This document shows positions 1-10,371 of a stretch of DNA of 64,000 nt, one piece after another. The position numbers were made by a program, and so were the translations under genes. The DNA is taken from assembly GCF_003334405.1 (NCBI RefSeq), contig NZ_QOWM01000001.1. The stretch is one strand, 5' to 3'. Every line of letters starts with the position of its first letter. Position 1 is the first letter of the stretch. The stretch comes from Escherichia coli. Lineage in GTDB: Bacteria; Pseudomonadota; Gammaproteobacteria; Enterobacterales; Enterobacteriaceae. A model generated the notes under the pieces. The model was not told where the DNA came from. It was given only the letters and a program-made list of their open reading frames with translations, and ran no database searches.

Positions 1-33
1 TTATGACCACAATACGACAGGTTGTGGTCATAA
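1..33 (+). terminator. 12-bp perfect inverted repeat (TTATGACCACAA / TTGTGGTCATAA, 9-nt loop) followed by a T-rich stretch; possible terminator of the gene ending upstream of the window (yfdX in K-12 synteny)
   Basis: Inverted repeat read directly at the window start; it may be clipped by the window edge. Assignment to the upstream gene is inference. Confidence 0.3.
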
Positions 34-187
34 AATTATTTGGCGCTCGCGGTGCTATAAACTCGCATTTTATATTCCTCAAAGTAAACCGCAATAATCC
101 CGTGTCATCACAAATCATTTATTATGTTATGTTTTATGGTACGCTTTAAAAAGCGTAATCATACCCTTGCTTGTAAATCACCGGCGC

Positions 188-205
188 TTCTTACAGTTGT
201 AAGAA
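188..205. promoter_or_regulatory. Candidate EvgA box: perfect 18-bp palindrome TTCTTACA-GT-TGTAAGAA upstream of frc
   Basis: Sequence read directly; matches the EvgA-box consensus as I recall it (inverted TTCPyTACA half-sites, 2-bp spacer). About 250 bp upstream of the frc start codon. Confidence 0.5.
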
Positions 206-456
206 TAACATCACAAATGTCGCGACTCTCTCTGATTACCACGAATCAATATTTATCATATTCTTCTTTTCGTCCTCACTACTTACCATGCAGAAAGGAA
301 TTGGAAGTGGCGATGAAATGATTTTCAGCACTTGATACAGGATTTTAAAAATATCGAGTGCAGCTACGACGATATTTTGCGGGTTATTTATAGAAGATAT
401 TACGCCTTAAATAAACGCTAAATTAACACATATTTAATTAACTAATAGGTATTGCT

Positions 457-1707
457 ATGTCAACTCCACTTCAAGGAATTAAAGTTCTCGATTTCACCGG
501 TGTGCAATCTGGCCCATCTTGTACTCAAATGCTGGCCTGGTTTGGCGCTGACGTTATTAAAATTGAACGTCCCGGCGTTGGTGACGTAACGCGTCACCAG
601 CTGCGAGATATTCCTGATATCGATGCGCTTTACTTCACCATGCTTAACAGTAACAAACGTTCTATTGAGTTAAATACCAAAACAGCGGAAGGCAAAGAGG
701 TAATGGAAAAGCTGATCCGCGAAGCTGATATCTTAGTCGAGAACTTTCATCCAGGGGCCATTGATCACATGGGCTTCACCTGGGAGCATATTCAAGAAAT
801 CAATCCACGTCTGATTTTTGGTTCGATCAAAGGGTTTGATGAGTGTTCGCCTTATGTGAATGTAAAAGCCTATGAAAACGTTGCTCAGGCAGCGGGTGGC
901 GCGGCATCCACTACGGGTTTTTGGGATGGTCCGCCGCTGGTAAGCGCTGCAGCGTTGGGTGACAGCAACACCGGAATGCATTTGCTGATCGGTTTACTTG
1001 CTGCTTTGCTGCATCGCGAAAAAACGGGGCGTGGGCAACGAGTCACCATGTCAATGCAGGATGCCGTATTGAACCTTTGCCGCGTGAAATTACGTGACCA
1101 GCAGCGTCTCGATAAATTGGGTTATCTGGAAGAATACCCGCAGTATCCGAATGGTACATTTGGTGATGCAGTTCCCCGCGGTGGTAATGCAGGTGGTGGC
1201 GGTCAGCCTGGCTGGATCCTGAAATGTAAAGGCTGGGAAACCGATCCTAACGCCTATATTTATTTCACTATTCAGGAGCAAAACTGGGAAAACACCTGTA
1301 AAGCCATCGGCAAACCAGAATGGATTACCGATCCGGCATACAGTACAGCCCATGCACGACAGCCACATATTTTCGATATTTTTGCTGAAATCGAAAAATA
1401 CACTGTCACTATTGATAAACATGAAGCGGTGGCCTATTTGACTCAGTTTGATATTCCTTGTGCACCGGTTTTAAGTATGAAAGAAATTTCACTTGATCCC
1501 TCTTTGCGCCAAAGTGGCAGTGTTGTTGAAGTGGAACAACCGTTGCGTGGAAAATATCTGACCGTTGGTTGTCCAATGAAATTCTCTGCCTTTACGCCGG
1601 ATATTAAAGCTGCGCCGCTATTAGGTGAACATACCGCTGCTGTATTGCAGGAGCTGGGTTATAGCGACGATGAAATTGCTGCAATGAAGCAAAACCACGC
1701 CATCTGA
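457..1707 (+). CDS. frc: Formyl-CoA:oxalate CoA-transferase (family III CoA-transferase)
   Basis: 416-aa ORF, N-terminus [20 protein letters not shown] typical of Frc/YfdW; length and synteny with oxc. Confidence 0.93.
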
Positions 1708-1760
1708 TATTAACGGGGGCTTCTGGCTCCCAATTTATAAAAATTTCGAGGTTATTAATC

Positions 1761-3455
1761 ATGTCAGATCAACTTCAAATGACAGATGGTATGCATATCA
1801 TCGTTGAAGCATTAAAACAGAATAATATTGACACTATTTATGGTGTTGTAGGTATTCCTGTGACGGATATGGCACGCCATGCCCAGGCGGAAGGCATTCG
1901 TTATATTGGTTTTCGTCATGAGCAGTCGGCAGGCTATGCCGCTGCGGCAAGCGGTTTTCTTACCCAAAAACCGGGGATCTGCCTGACAGTTTCTGCGCCA
2001 GGATTCCTCAATGGTTTGACCGCATTGGCCAACGCAACGGTAAATGGTTTTCCGATGATCATGATTAGCGGCTCCAGCGACCGCGCGATCGTCGACCTAC
2101 AGCAAGGTGATTATGAAGAGCTGGACCAAATGAATGCGGCAAAACCGTATGCCAAAGCAGCATTTCGCGTTAATCAGCCGCAGGATCTTGGCATTGCATT
2201 GGCACGCGCTATCCGGGTCTCTGTATCGGGTCGCCCTGGCGGAGTTTATCTTGATTTGCCAGCAAATGTCCTGGCCGCGACGATGGAAAAAGACGAAGCG
2301 TTAACCACGATTGTTAAAGTTGAAAATCCGTCGCCAGCATTATTGCCATGCCCGAAGTCAGTCACTAGCGCAATTTCGCTTTTAGCAAAAGCTGAACGGC
2401 CATTAATTATCCTTGGCAAAGGCGCGGCGTATTCACAAGCTGATGAACAGCTTCGTGAATTTATTGAAAGTGCTCAGATTCCATTCCTGCCAATGTCTAT
2501 GGCGAAAGGGATCCTTGAAGATACGCATCCACTTTCTGCGGCAGCTGCGCGTTCGTTTGCCCTGGCAAATGCTGACGTTGTCATGCTTGTTGGTGCACGA
2601 CTGAATTGGTTATTGGCACACGGTAAAAAAGGATGGGCGGCAGATACACAGTTTATTCAACTGGATATTGAACCGCAGGAAATTGACAGCAACCGCCCCA
2701 TTGCTGTGCCAGTCGTTGGTGATATTGCATCCAGTATGCAAGGTATGCTGGCAGAACTGAAACAAAACACATTTACGACTCCACTGGTATGGCGCGATAT
2801 TTTAAATATCCACAAGCAGCAAAATGCACAAAAAATGCATGAAAAATTAAGTACAGATACTCAACCATTAAATTACTTTAATGCATTAAGTGCTGTGCGC
2901 GACGTATTGCGCGAGAACCAGGATATTTATTTAGTTAATGAAGGTGCAAATACCCTGGATAATGCACGAAATATTATTGATATGTATAAACCACGTCGTC
3001 GTCTGGATTGTGGTACCTGGGGTGTCATGGGCATCGGTATGGGCTATGCCATCGGTGCTAGCGTGACTTCTGGTTCTCCGGTTGTCGCCATTGAAGGTGA
3101 TAGTGCTTTTGGTTTCAGTGGGATGGAAATTGAAACGATTTGTCGATATAACCTGCCGGTGACGATCGTTATTTTTAATAATGGCGGCATCTACAGAGGA
3201 GACGGTGTTGATCTCAGTGGCGCTGGTGCACCATCACCAACGGATCTGTTGCACCATGCAAGGTATGACAAATTAATGGATGCGTTTCGTGGCGTTGGCT
3301 ATAACGTCACCACGACAGATGAACTTCGTCATGCTTTAACCACCGGTATTCAGTCGCGCAAACCGACCATTATTAATGTGGTCATCGACCCTGCAGCAGG
3401 AACTGAAAGTGGCCATATTACCAAACTTAACCCAAAACAAGTCGCTGGTAATTAA
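1761..3455 (+). CDS. oxc: Oxalyl-CoA decarboxylase (thiamine-diphosphate dependent)
   Basis: 564-aa ORF with ThDP-binding motif (GDSAFGFSGMEIETICRYNLPVTIVIFNNGG); synteny with frc. Confidence 0.93.
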   Translation: MSDQLQMTDGMHIIVEALKQNNIDTIYGVVGIPVTDMARHAQAEGIRYIGFRHEQSAGYAAAASGFLTQKPGICLTVSAPGFLNGLTALANATVNGFPMIMISGSSDRAIVDLQQGDYEELDQMNAAKPYAKAAFRVNQPQDLGIALARAIRVSVSGRPGGVYLDLPANVLAATMEKDEALTTIVKVENPSPALLPCPKSVTSAISLLAKAERPLIILGKGAAYSQADEQLREFIESAQIPFLPMSMAKGILEDTHPLSAAAARSFALANADVVMLVGARLNWLLAHGKKGWAADTQFIQLDIEPQEIDSNRPIAVPVVGDIASSMQGMLAELKQNTFTTPLVWRDILNIHKQQNAQKMHEKLSTDTQPLNYFNALSAVRDVLRENQDIYLVNEGANTLDNARNIIDMYKPRRRLDCGTWGVMGIGMGYAIGASVTSGSPVVAIEGDSAFGFSGMEIETICRYNLPVTIVIFNNGGIYRGDGVDLSGAGAPSPTDLLHHARYDKLMDAFRGVGYNVTTTDELRHALTTGIQSRKPTIINVVIDPAAGTESGHITKLNPKQVAGN

Positions 3456-3524
3456 ATACTGACATCGTCTCCTCTTGCCAACTCATTATGCGATGGTGAG
3501 GGGACCCTTATCGGAAATACTATT

Positions 3525-4469
3525 ATGCTAACATTTTTTATTGGCGATTTATTGCCTATTATCGTAATCATGCTGTTGGGTTATTTTAGCGGCAGACGAG
3601 AAACATTTTCAGAAGATCAAGCTCGGGCATTTAATAAACTGGTATTAAACTACGCGCTTCCTGCGGCTCTATTTGTATCTATTACTCGGGCAAACAGGGA
3701 AATGATTTTTGCGGACACTCGTCTGACCCTTGTATCACTTGTGGTTATTGTCGGATGTTTCTTTTTCTCCTGGTTCGGTTGCTACAAATTTTTTAAACGT
3801 ACCCATGCAGAAGCAGCTGTATGTGCATTAATTGCAGGTTCACCTACCATTGGATTCCTGGGGTTTGCAGTTCTCGATCCTATTTATGGTGATTCCGTAT
3901 CAACAGGTTTAGTGGTAGCAATTATTTCTATTATTGTTAACGCAATTACTATTCCTATTGGTCTGTATTTGCTGAATCCTTCTTCAGGAGCGGATGGTAA
4001 GAAGAATAGTAATCTGAGCGCATTAATTTCTGCGGCAAAGGAGCCAGTAGTATGGGCACCTGTTCTGGCAACGATCCTGGTGTTGGTTGGGGTAAAAATT
4101 CCGGCAGCATGGGACCCAACCTTTAATCTGATTGCGAAGGCTAACTCAGGGGTAGCGGTATTCGCTGCGGGGTTGACTCTGGCTGCACATAAATTCGAGT
4201 TCAGTGCCGAAATTGCTTATAACACCTTCCTGAAGCTGATTCTGATGCCACTGGCACTGCTTCTCGTTGGTATGGCATGTCATTTGAACAGCGAACATCT
4301 GCAGATGATGGTACTGGCAGGCGCATTACCGCCGGCATTCTCCGGAATCATTATTGCCAGCCGGTTTAATGTCTACACCCGTACTGGTACAGCGTCATTG
4401 GCTGTGAGCGTACTGGGCTTTGTCGTCACGGCTCCCTTGTGGATTTATGTCAGTCGACTGGTTTCATAA
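3525..4469 (+). CDS. yfdV: AEC-family membrane transporter YfdV
   Basis: 314-aa hydrophobic ORF; position between oxc and yfdE as in K-12. Confidence 0.85.
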
Positions 4470-4497
4470 TTAATCATGTTATTGATTTTACATAAAT

Positions 4498-4528
4498 GCC
4501 GAAGTGTCTTTTCACCTTCGGCTTTTTT
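4498..4528 (+). terminator. Rho-independent terminator-like hairpin (GCCGAAG...CTTCGGC + T6) between yfdV and yfdE
   Basis: 7-bp GC-rich stem, 11-nt loop, then TTTTTT, read directly. Confidence 0.5.
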
Positions 4529-4542
4529 CAAGGCATAAGCAA

Positions 4543-5688
4543 ATGACAAATAATGAAAGCAAAGGGCCGTTTGAAGGCTTATTAGTTATCGATATGACAC
4601 ATGTCCTTAATGGACCTTTCGGAACTCAACTTCTTTGTAATATGGGCGCAAGGGTAATTAAAGTTGAGCCGCCGGGTCATGGTGATGATACCCGCACATT
4701 TGGTCCCTATGTGGATGGACAGTCACTCTATTACAGTTTTATTAATCATGGCAAAGAGAGTGTGGTTCTTGATTTAAAGAATGATCACGATAAAAGTATA
4801 TTTATAAATATGCTCAAACAAGCTGATGTATTAGCTGAGAATTTTCGCCCAGGTACAATGGAAAAACTGGGGTTTTCATGGGAAACGCTTCAAGAAATCA
4901 ACCCGCGCCTCATATATGCTTCATCGTCAGGTTTCGGACATACCGGTCCGCTAAAAGATGCTCCTGCCTACGATACCATCATTCAGGCAATGAGCGGGAT
5001 AATGATGGAAACAGGATATCCTGATGCTCCGCCAGTGCGCGTTGGTACATCTCTTGCGGATCTATGCGGCGGTGTCTATTTATTCAGCGGAATAGTGAGT
5101 GCACTTTATGGCCGCGAAAAGAGCCAGAGAGGGGCGCATGTCGATATAGCGATGTTTGATGCCACGCTGAGTTTTCTGGAGCATGGTCTGATGGCATATA
5201 TCGCAACTGGGAAGTCACCACAACGTCTGGGAAATCGCCATCCCTACATGGCACCTTTTGATGTTTTCAATACTCAGGATAAGCCGATTACGATTTGTTG
5301 TGGTAATGACAAGCTTTTTTCTGCGTTATGCCAGGCACTGGAGCTTACGGAACTGGTTAATGATCCCCGATTTAGCAGCAATATTTTACGCGTACAAAAC
5401 CAGGCTATTCTTAAACAATATATTGAGCGGACGTTAAAAACGCAGGCAGCTGAAGTTTGGTTAGCCAGAATACATGAAGTTGGTGTACCCGTCGCGCCGT
5501 TATTAAGTGTGGCTGAGGCCATTAAATTGCCACAAACTCAGGCGAGAAATATGTTGATTGAAGCCGGGGGAATAATGATGCCGGGTAATCCGATAAAAAT
5601 CAGCGGCTGCGCGGACCCGCATGTTATGCCGGGAGCGGCAACGCTCGACCAGCATGGGGAACAAATTCGCCAGGAGTTCTCATCATAA
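4543..5688 (+). CDS. yfdE: Acetyl-CoA:oxalate CoA-transferase (family III CoA-transferase) YfdE
   Basis: ORF track gives 394 aa from 4504; I place the start at the internal ATG 4543 (MTNNESKGPFEGLLVIDMTH, 381 aa), just after the terminator hairpin. Paralogous to frc. Confidence 0.85.
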   Translation: MTNNESKGPFEGLLVIDMTHVLNGPFGTQLLCNMGARVIKVEPPGHGDDTRTFGPYVDGQSLYYSFINHGKESVVLDLKNDHDKSIFINMLKQADVLAENFRPGTMEKLGFSWETLQEINPRLIYASSSGFGHTGPLKDAPAYDTIIQAMSGIMMETGYPDAPPVRVGTSLADLCGGVYLFSGIVSALYGREKSQRGAHVDIAMFDATLSFLEHGLMAYIATGKSPQRLGNRHPYMAPFDVFNTQDKPITICCGNDKLFSALCQALELTELVNDPRFSSNILRVQNQAILKQYIERTLKTQAAEVWLARIHEVGVPVAPLLSVAEAIKLPQTQARNMLIEAGGIMMPGNPIKISGCADPHVMPGAATLDQHGEQIRQEFSS

Positions 5689-5711
5689 ATGTAAGATGTG
5701 CTGGTAAATAG

Positions 5712-5736
5712 CTCCCACATTTGAACATTGTGGGAG
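5712..5736. terminator. Hairpin (CTCCCACA...TGTGGGAG) between convergent yfdE and evgS; putative bidirectional terminator
   Basis: 8-bp inverted repeat with 9-nt loop read directly; T-runs are weak. Confidence 0.35.
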
Positions 5737-5743
5737 CCGCTAT

Positions 5744-8700
5744 TTAGTCATTTTTCTGACAGAAAACAGCAATCTCCTGGTCCAGCTCTGCAATGTGTTC
5801 TTTTACAGAGTTCAGCAACTGAAGAATTTCAGGCTTACTGTCATCTGAAACAGGTGTTATTTCTAACTGATGGCTAATATTAATCAACTTTTGCAAATTC
5901 AGGATGTTAGCCGCACCGTGGATGCGATGAATACACTGATGGAAAGTTCTGTTATCGCCAGCTTCTAGTGCTTGAAACGCAGCGGGTAGATCTTTATGCG
6001 TTTCATGCTGGAAAGTCATGAGAATCTCCTGCATCAGTTGTAGATCGTTCGCCGTATTATTTTTCAGGGCTTCGATATCAAGGTGGCGATACTGAGGTGC
6101 AATATGCGCAACTTGGTGTAACTGACTTAAATGTGTTTTCAGTACATCCAGGGTCAACGGTTTGAACAAACATAAGTTCATGCCGCAACTTAACCCTTTT
6201 TCACGTTCGTTAGCCTGTGCGTTGGCTGTAAGCCCCCAGATGGGTAAGGAAGAATTTTGCTCACGGAGTTTGCGAGTCAACTCAAAACCATCCATATTCG
6301 GCATATTAACGTCAGTAATAAGCAGATCATAATGTTGCATACTGACTTTGTGTAGCGCTTGCACACCATCAGTGGCTTCATCAACATCATATCCTAATAG
6401 ATTTAGCTGGCGTTTGAGTAATAGCCTGTTGGTCGGATGATCATCCGCGATTAATATGCTCAACTTTTCAGGTAGTGTGATGGGTTGTTCTGCTTTTGCC
6501 TCGACAGTCGCCACTTGCTGGCTAATTTCTACCGGGATTGTGATCGTAAATGTTGTTCCTATGCCTGGATGACTTTCTAATGACAAATCGCCCTGCATAT
6601 TTTTAATTAATTCTTTGCAGATCATTAAGCCTAAACCAGAACCTGTTTGCTGACGACCTGCACTTGTTTGGCTGTAGCGTTTAAACAGTTGTTGTTGTTC
6701 TTCCTGCGATAATCCACTTCCAGAATCCATAATCGTCATTTTGATAACAGCGTGGTTGTCATCAATGTGACCCAGGGAGGTCGTAATTTTTACTGCCCCC
6801 TCGGTGGTAAATTTGAGAGCATTACTCAGTAAATTTGATAAGACCTGCTTAAACGCCTGAGGGTCGATCTTAACCAGGTAATGTTCAGGAAACGTACTGC
6901 TGCAACTTAATGCGATCGATTTGCTTGCAGCAATCGCACCGAAAGAGTGACAAGTGTTCTGGACTAAAGTAGGGATATCGACCCATTGTGGTTGAAGTTG
7001 ATAGTTACCCGATTCAATTTTGTCGACATCAAGGATTTCACCAATTAAGCCGAGGAGTGATTGTCCGGTGGCGTAGGCAAGTGAAATCGCCTCCACCCGT
7101 TGCTCCTTGCTAAGACCAGAACCCGACAGAAGTTCCAGGAAGCCCATAATAGAGCTTATTGGTGTTCTTATTTCGTGACTCATCGTTGCCAGAAACTGAC
7201 TTTTTGCTACGGTAGCCTTTATCGCTTTATTTTTTTCTACCTCGAGTGCATTAATTAGATCACGCGTTTCAGTAATATCTTGCCAACCACAAATATATAC
7301 TGCATTGTCACTTGCAGGAAGATTGCATAATGTATGCCAGTGATTAATGCATCTTTTCTCGATGCCATTATCAATTTCAAATACCTGTGTGTATATTGTT
7401 CGATTTTCTTTCGTTTCTGCTGTGACTTCATGCGCATTAGAAAAAACATCTTTAAAGGGTGAGTCACTGTTTTCTAATGGTAACATTGCATTTTTGTAGT
7501 AATCCGCAGTGAAATAATGTTCAAAAGCACTATTATGACTAATGACATTACCTTGCCAGTTTACAACATAAGTTGGATTCGGTAAGGAATCCGAGAGTGC
7601 TTTTCGGAATGATATTTGGTTTTCTAAATCACCCTGAATGACTTTACGACGACGAACTGAGCGTAACAGGTAGAATCCCCATAAAAGGCTACTGCCAACT
7701 AATAAAACGGATAATGTCGTAACAATATAAAATTGCTCGCTATATAGGTCCCATGTGTCAATGGTCACATTGGGCATTTTAATCCATTTTTCCGTCAGGC
7801 GCAGAACTTCGCTTGGGGGAATTGCATTCAGTGCTTTATTAATAATATCCTTAAGTTCCGGTTCTCCGCGAGGAAAAGCGAACGAAAGCGATGCATTCGG
7901 AACGCCAGGAATAAGAAAATGATAAAGTTCATTAGGATAGTAATGATCGATCATGTAACGCGAATTTAGCTGTGTCGCGACCAGAGCATCAAGTTCACCT
8001 TCCTTAACCTTGTGAAATGCAGCGCTGGCATTATCGACCTGTATCCATTCAACCTCCGGATACATCTCTTTTAATTGCGAATGCAGCTCATAATAATATG
8101 GAATGGCAACTTTCATTCCTTTTTTTAATGTTTGTTCACTGTCAGGCGCTTTTTGCATGACAAAAACGTAAGGCGTTGTTATGAAGGCTTCAGCAAATAA
8201 AACATTATTTTCTCGATCTTCACTATAAATAGCGCCAGGTATTATATCCCATCCTCCGGGGCTAAGCTGTGTTCCAGCATGGATATTGTGTGAAACGGTG
8301 ATCGGAGAAAAATTTAAACCTGTTTGCAAGGTAATAATATTAAGAATGTCCCCCATAACGCCCCGAACCGAGCCATTTTCATCCGTCATAGAATAGGGGG
8401 GCGAGTAAGGATTTTCCAGCACCTTTAAATTGGGATGCTGCTTAATCCACTGTTTTTCATGTTCAGTGAGTTCTAATGGTTTGTTCAGAAAGGCCAGGTT
8501 TCCTGTATCAAGCCAATTTTGTGATACTTCATAGCGAACTTCATTTGTTAAAGCATCAACAAATCTATTGAGTACTTCATTAAGAATGACAGATTCTTTT
8601 CTGGTCAAGAAAAAATTATATTGACGCGGCGAGTTATAATATTTCACTACATTTAAGGAGTGAGTGAAATAGCGGGAAATCATACTGCTGGTAATGATGT

Positions 8701-9337
8701 TACTACCAATAAAGTAATCATTGTGCCCAGCTGAGACGGATGCTAATGCCTGATATAAATTTGTAAAAGAGATAATTGTTGCTTTTGGAAATGATTGATG
8801 AATTACCTCGTCTGGGGGGTAATTTGCTACCCGAGCAATATTTACTGGTTTTGGTGAGGTAAGCGGTCGCATTGAGTCGTGAAGGGTGGTTACCAGCGCC
8901 GGAAAGGTAATTATCAATGGTTTGGTTGCAGCAATGTCATTATTAAGAGGCGGCGAAGTAACTAAATGTGATAACACTATATCGACTTCACCTTCTGCAA
9001 GCGCGTCCATTGCTTTTTGATGATCTGCGTATTCCCGGAGTGTTAATTTGATATTTAACGCTCTTTTTAAAAGATTTAAATAATCAGCATTAATACCACG
9101 AACCCGTTGCTGCGAATCGGTATGCAACAACGTAGCCGTTTGGGACTTATGTACTGCAATCACAAGATTTTTTTTGCTCGCTAACCAACGTAATTCCTTG
9201 TTGCTCAGACGTAGTGGATCAAGTGTGACACGGTTGTTACTACTGATGCCACGATATTCGATGTAATCTTCGTCTGCGAAACTTATGGTCGACCAAAGAC
9301 CACAACAGAGAAGAAAAATATAGGGTAAAAACTTCAT
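5744..9337 (-). CDS. evgS: Hybrid sensor histidine kinase EvgS (periplasmic binding-protein domains, HisKA/HATPase, receiver, HPt)
   Basis: 1197-aa ORF with signal peptide, H-box MSHEIRTP, receiver domain (LIADDHPTNR) and C-terminal HPt; adjacent to evgA. Confidence 0.95.
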   Translation of the reverse strand: MKFLPYIFLLCCGLWSTISFADEDYIEYRGISSNNRVTLDPLRLSNKELRWLASKKNLVIAVHKSQTATLLHTDSQQRVRGINADYLNLLKRALNIKLTLREYADHQKAMDALAEGEVDIVLSHLVTSPPLNNDIAATKPLIITFPALVTTLHDSMRPLTSPKPVNIARVANYPPDEVIHQSFPKATIISFTNLYQALASVSAGHNDYFIGSNIITSSMISRYFTHSLNVVKYYNSPRQYNFFLTRKESVILNEVLNRFVDALTNEVRYEVSQNWLDTGNLAFLNKPLELTEHEKQWIKQHPNLKVLENPYSPPYSMTDENGSVRGVMGDILNIITLQTGLNFSPITVSHNIHAGTQLSPGGWDIIPGAIYSEDRENNVLFAEAFITTPYVFVMQKAPDSEQTLKKGMKVAIPYYYELHSQLKEMYPEVEWIQVDNASAAFHKVKEGELDALVATQLNSRYMIDHYYPNELYHFLIPGVPNASLSFAFPRGEPELKDIINKALNAIPPSEVLRLTEKWIKMPNVTIDTWDLYSEQFYIVTTLSVLLVGSSLLWGFYLLRSVRRRKVIQGDLENQISFRKALSDSLPNPTYVVNWQGNVISHNSAFEHYFTADYYKNAMLPLENSDSPFKDVFSNAHEVTAETKENRTIYTQVFEIDNGIEKRCINHWHTLCNLPASDNAVYICGWQDITETRDLINALEVEKNKAIKATVAKSQFLATMSHEIRTPISSIMGFLELLSGSGLSKEQRVEAISLAYATGQSLLGLIGEILDVDKIESGNYQLQPQWVDIPTLVQNTCHSFGAIAASKSIALSCSSTFPEHYLVKIDPQAFKQVLSNLLSNALKFTTEGAVKITTSLGHIDDNHAVIKMTIMDSGSGLSQEEQQQLFKRYSQTSAGRQQTGSGLGLMICKELIKNMQGDLSLESHPGIGTTFTITIPVEISQQVATVEAKAEQPITLPEKLSILIADDHPTNRLLLKRQLNLLGYDVDEATDGVQALHKVSMQHYDLLITDVNMPNMDGFELTRKLREQNSSLPIWGLTANAQANEREKGLSCGMNLCLFKPLTLDVLKTHLSQLHQVAHIAPQYRHLDIEALKNNTANDLQLMQEILMTFQHETHKDLPAAFQALEAGDNRTFHQCIHRIHGAANILNLQKLINISHQLEITPVSDDSKPEILQLLNSVKEHIAELDQEIAVFCQKND

Positions 9338-9341
9338 GTGG

Positions 9342-9956
9342 TTAGCCGATTTTGTTACGTTGTGCGAATGTGTAAAGATCCATCAGTGATTTACATTCTA
9401 ATTTTTCCATCAGGCGACTTTTATAAGTGCTGACAGTTTTGTTGCTGATGAACATTTTTTCAGCAATGTCATTATTATCCTTGCCATCAAGAATATACCG
9501 CATGACACTAATTTCTTGTTTCGATAAGGAGTCGAGTTTTTGCTGGTCGGACGTTAAACTTCCAACAAACCGGTTGAGAGAGAAGGGGAAATAGCAGTAG
9601 CCATTTTTTGCAGCTTCAATAGCCGCAATGATATTGTTCATGCCTTCTTTTTTACTCACGAAACCATTAGCGCCAGCATCAGCACAATGTTTCCCGTAAA
9701 AATGGTCATTTTTAGCGGAGACGATAATAATAATTCCGCTATATTGGCGCTTCCTCAGCGTTTCTAACACCTGGATACCGTTAACTCCGGGGATATCGAC
9801 ATCAATGATGACGATATCAGGCTTAAGTGTTTCCACCCGCTGAACGGCACTTCCGCCTTCAGTCAACTCTGCTAAGATTTCAATATCGTTTTTGATCAAT
9901 AAATTACGAATTGCTGCGATAGCAAGAGGATGGTCATCAATAATTATTGCGTTCAT
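9342..9956 (-). CDS. evgA: Response regulator EvgA (NarL/FixJ family)
   Basis: 204-aa ORF MNAIIIDDHPLAIAAIRNLL with receiver and LuxR-type HTH; 4 bp upstream of evgS. Confidence 0.95.
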   Translation of the reverse strand: MNAIIIDDHPLAIAAIRNLLIKNDIEILAELTEGGSAVQRVETLKPDIVIIDVDIPGVNGIQVLETLRKRQYSGIIIIVSAKNDHFYGKHCADAGANGFVSKKEGMNNIIAAIEAAKNGYCYFPFSLNRFVGSLTSDQQKLDSLSKQEISVMRYILDGKDNNDIAEKMFISNKTVSTYKSRLMEKLECKSLMDLYTFAQRNKIG

Positions 9957-10180
9957 AGATTATTCCCTTTGCAATGAAGCATCTCCCTTCTCCCTGTAGT
10001 AATACAGACATAAGGCGTCATCTCATTTTCTCAATAAAAATAAGAAAATCTGAGCTTCCTTTAAGATAATTCGACAAGTATACCATATAAATAGTCGGCA
10101 TAAATGAAATGTCAACAATAAAATCAGGGATTGTACCGATGATTTATAGTTTCAAGTTGGCACTATAAGTCTTCTTACTA

Positions 10181-10198
10181 ATCCTACAGGCGTAAGAA
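10181..10198. promoter_or_regulatory. Candidate EvgA box (ATCCTACA-GG-CGTAAGAA) in the evgA/emrK divergent promoter region
   Basis: Near-palindrome read directly with one mismatch per half-site to the consensus; an additional TTCTTAC half-site lies at 10173-10179. Confidence 0.45.
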
Positions 10199-10371
10199 TT
10201 GTATTGCAAAAGCCACGGTTTAGTCCTCTGTTGTTTTTTTTGCACCTCATTTAAATTAGGCCTCCAACGTTCCTGGGATAATGTGCAACACATGCACTGT
10301 GTTTGATATGAAGAATGAATGCTCTTTTCATTCAATTCATAAATTTCATCTATGAGAAATGAGAGATAATA

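Noticed and set aside
124-321. 65-aa ORF upstream of frc
   Set aside because: No convincing ribosome-binding site, AT-rich promoter-like context, and it is superimposed on the EvgA-box palindrome; more likely regulatory DNA than a gene.
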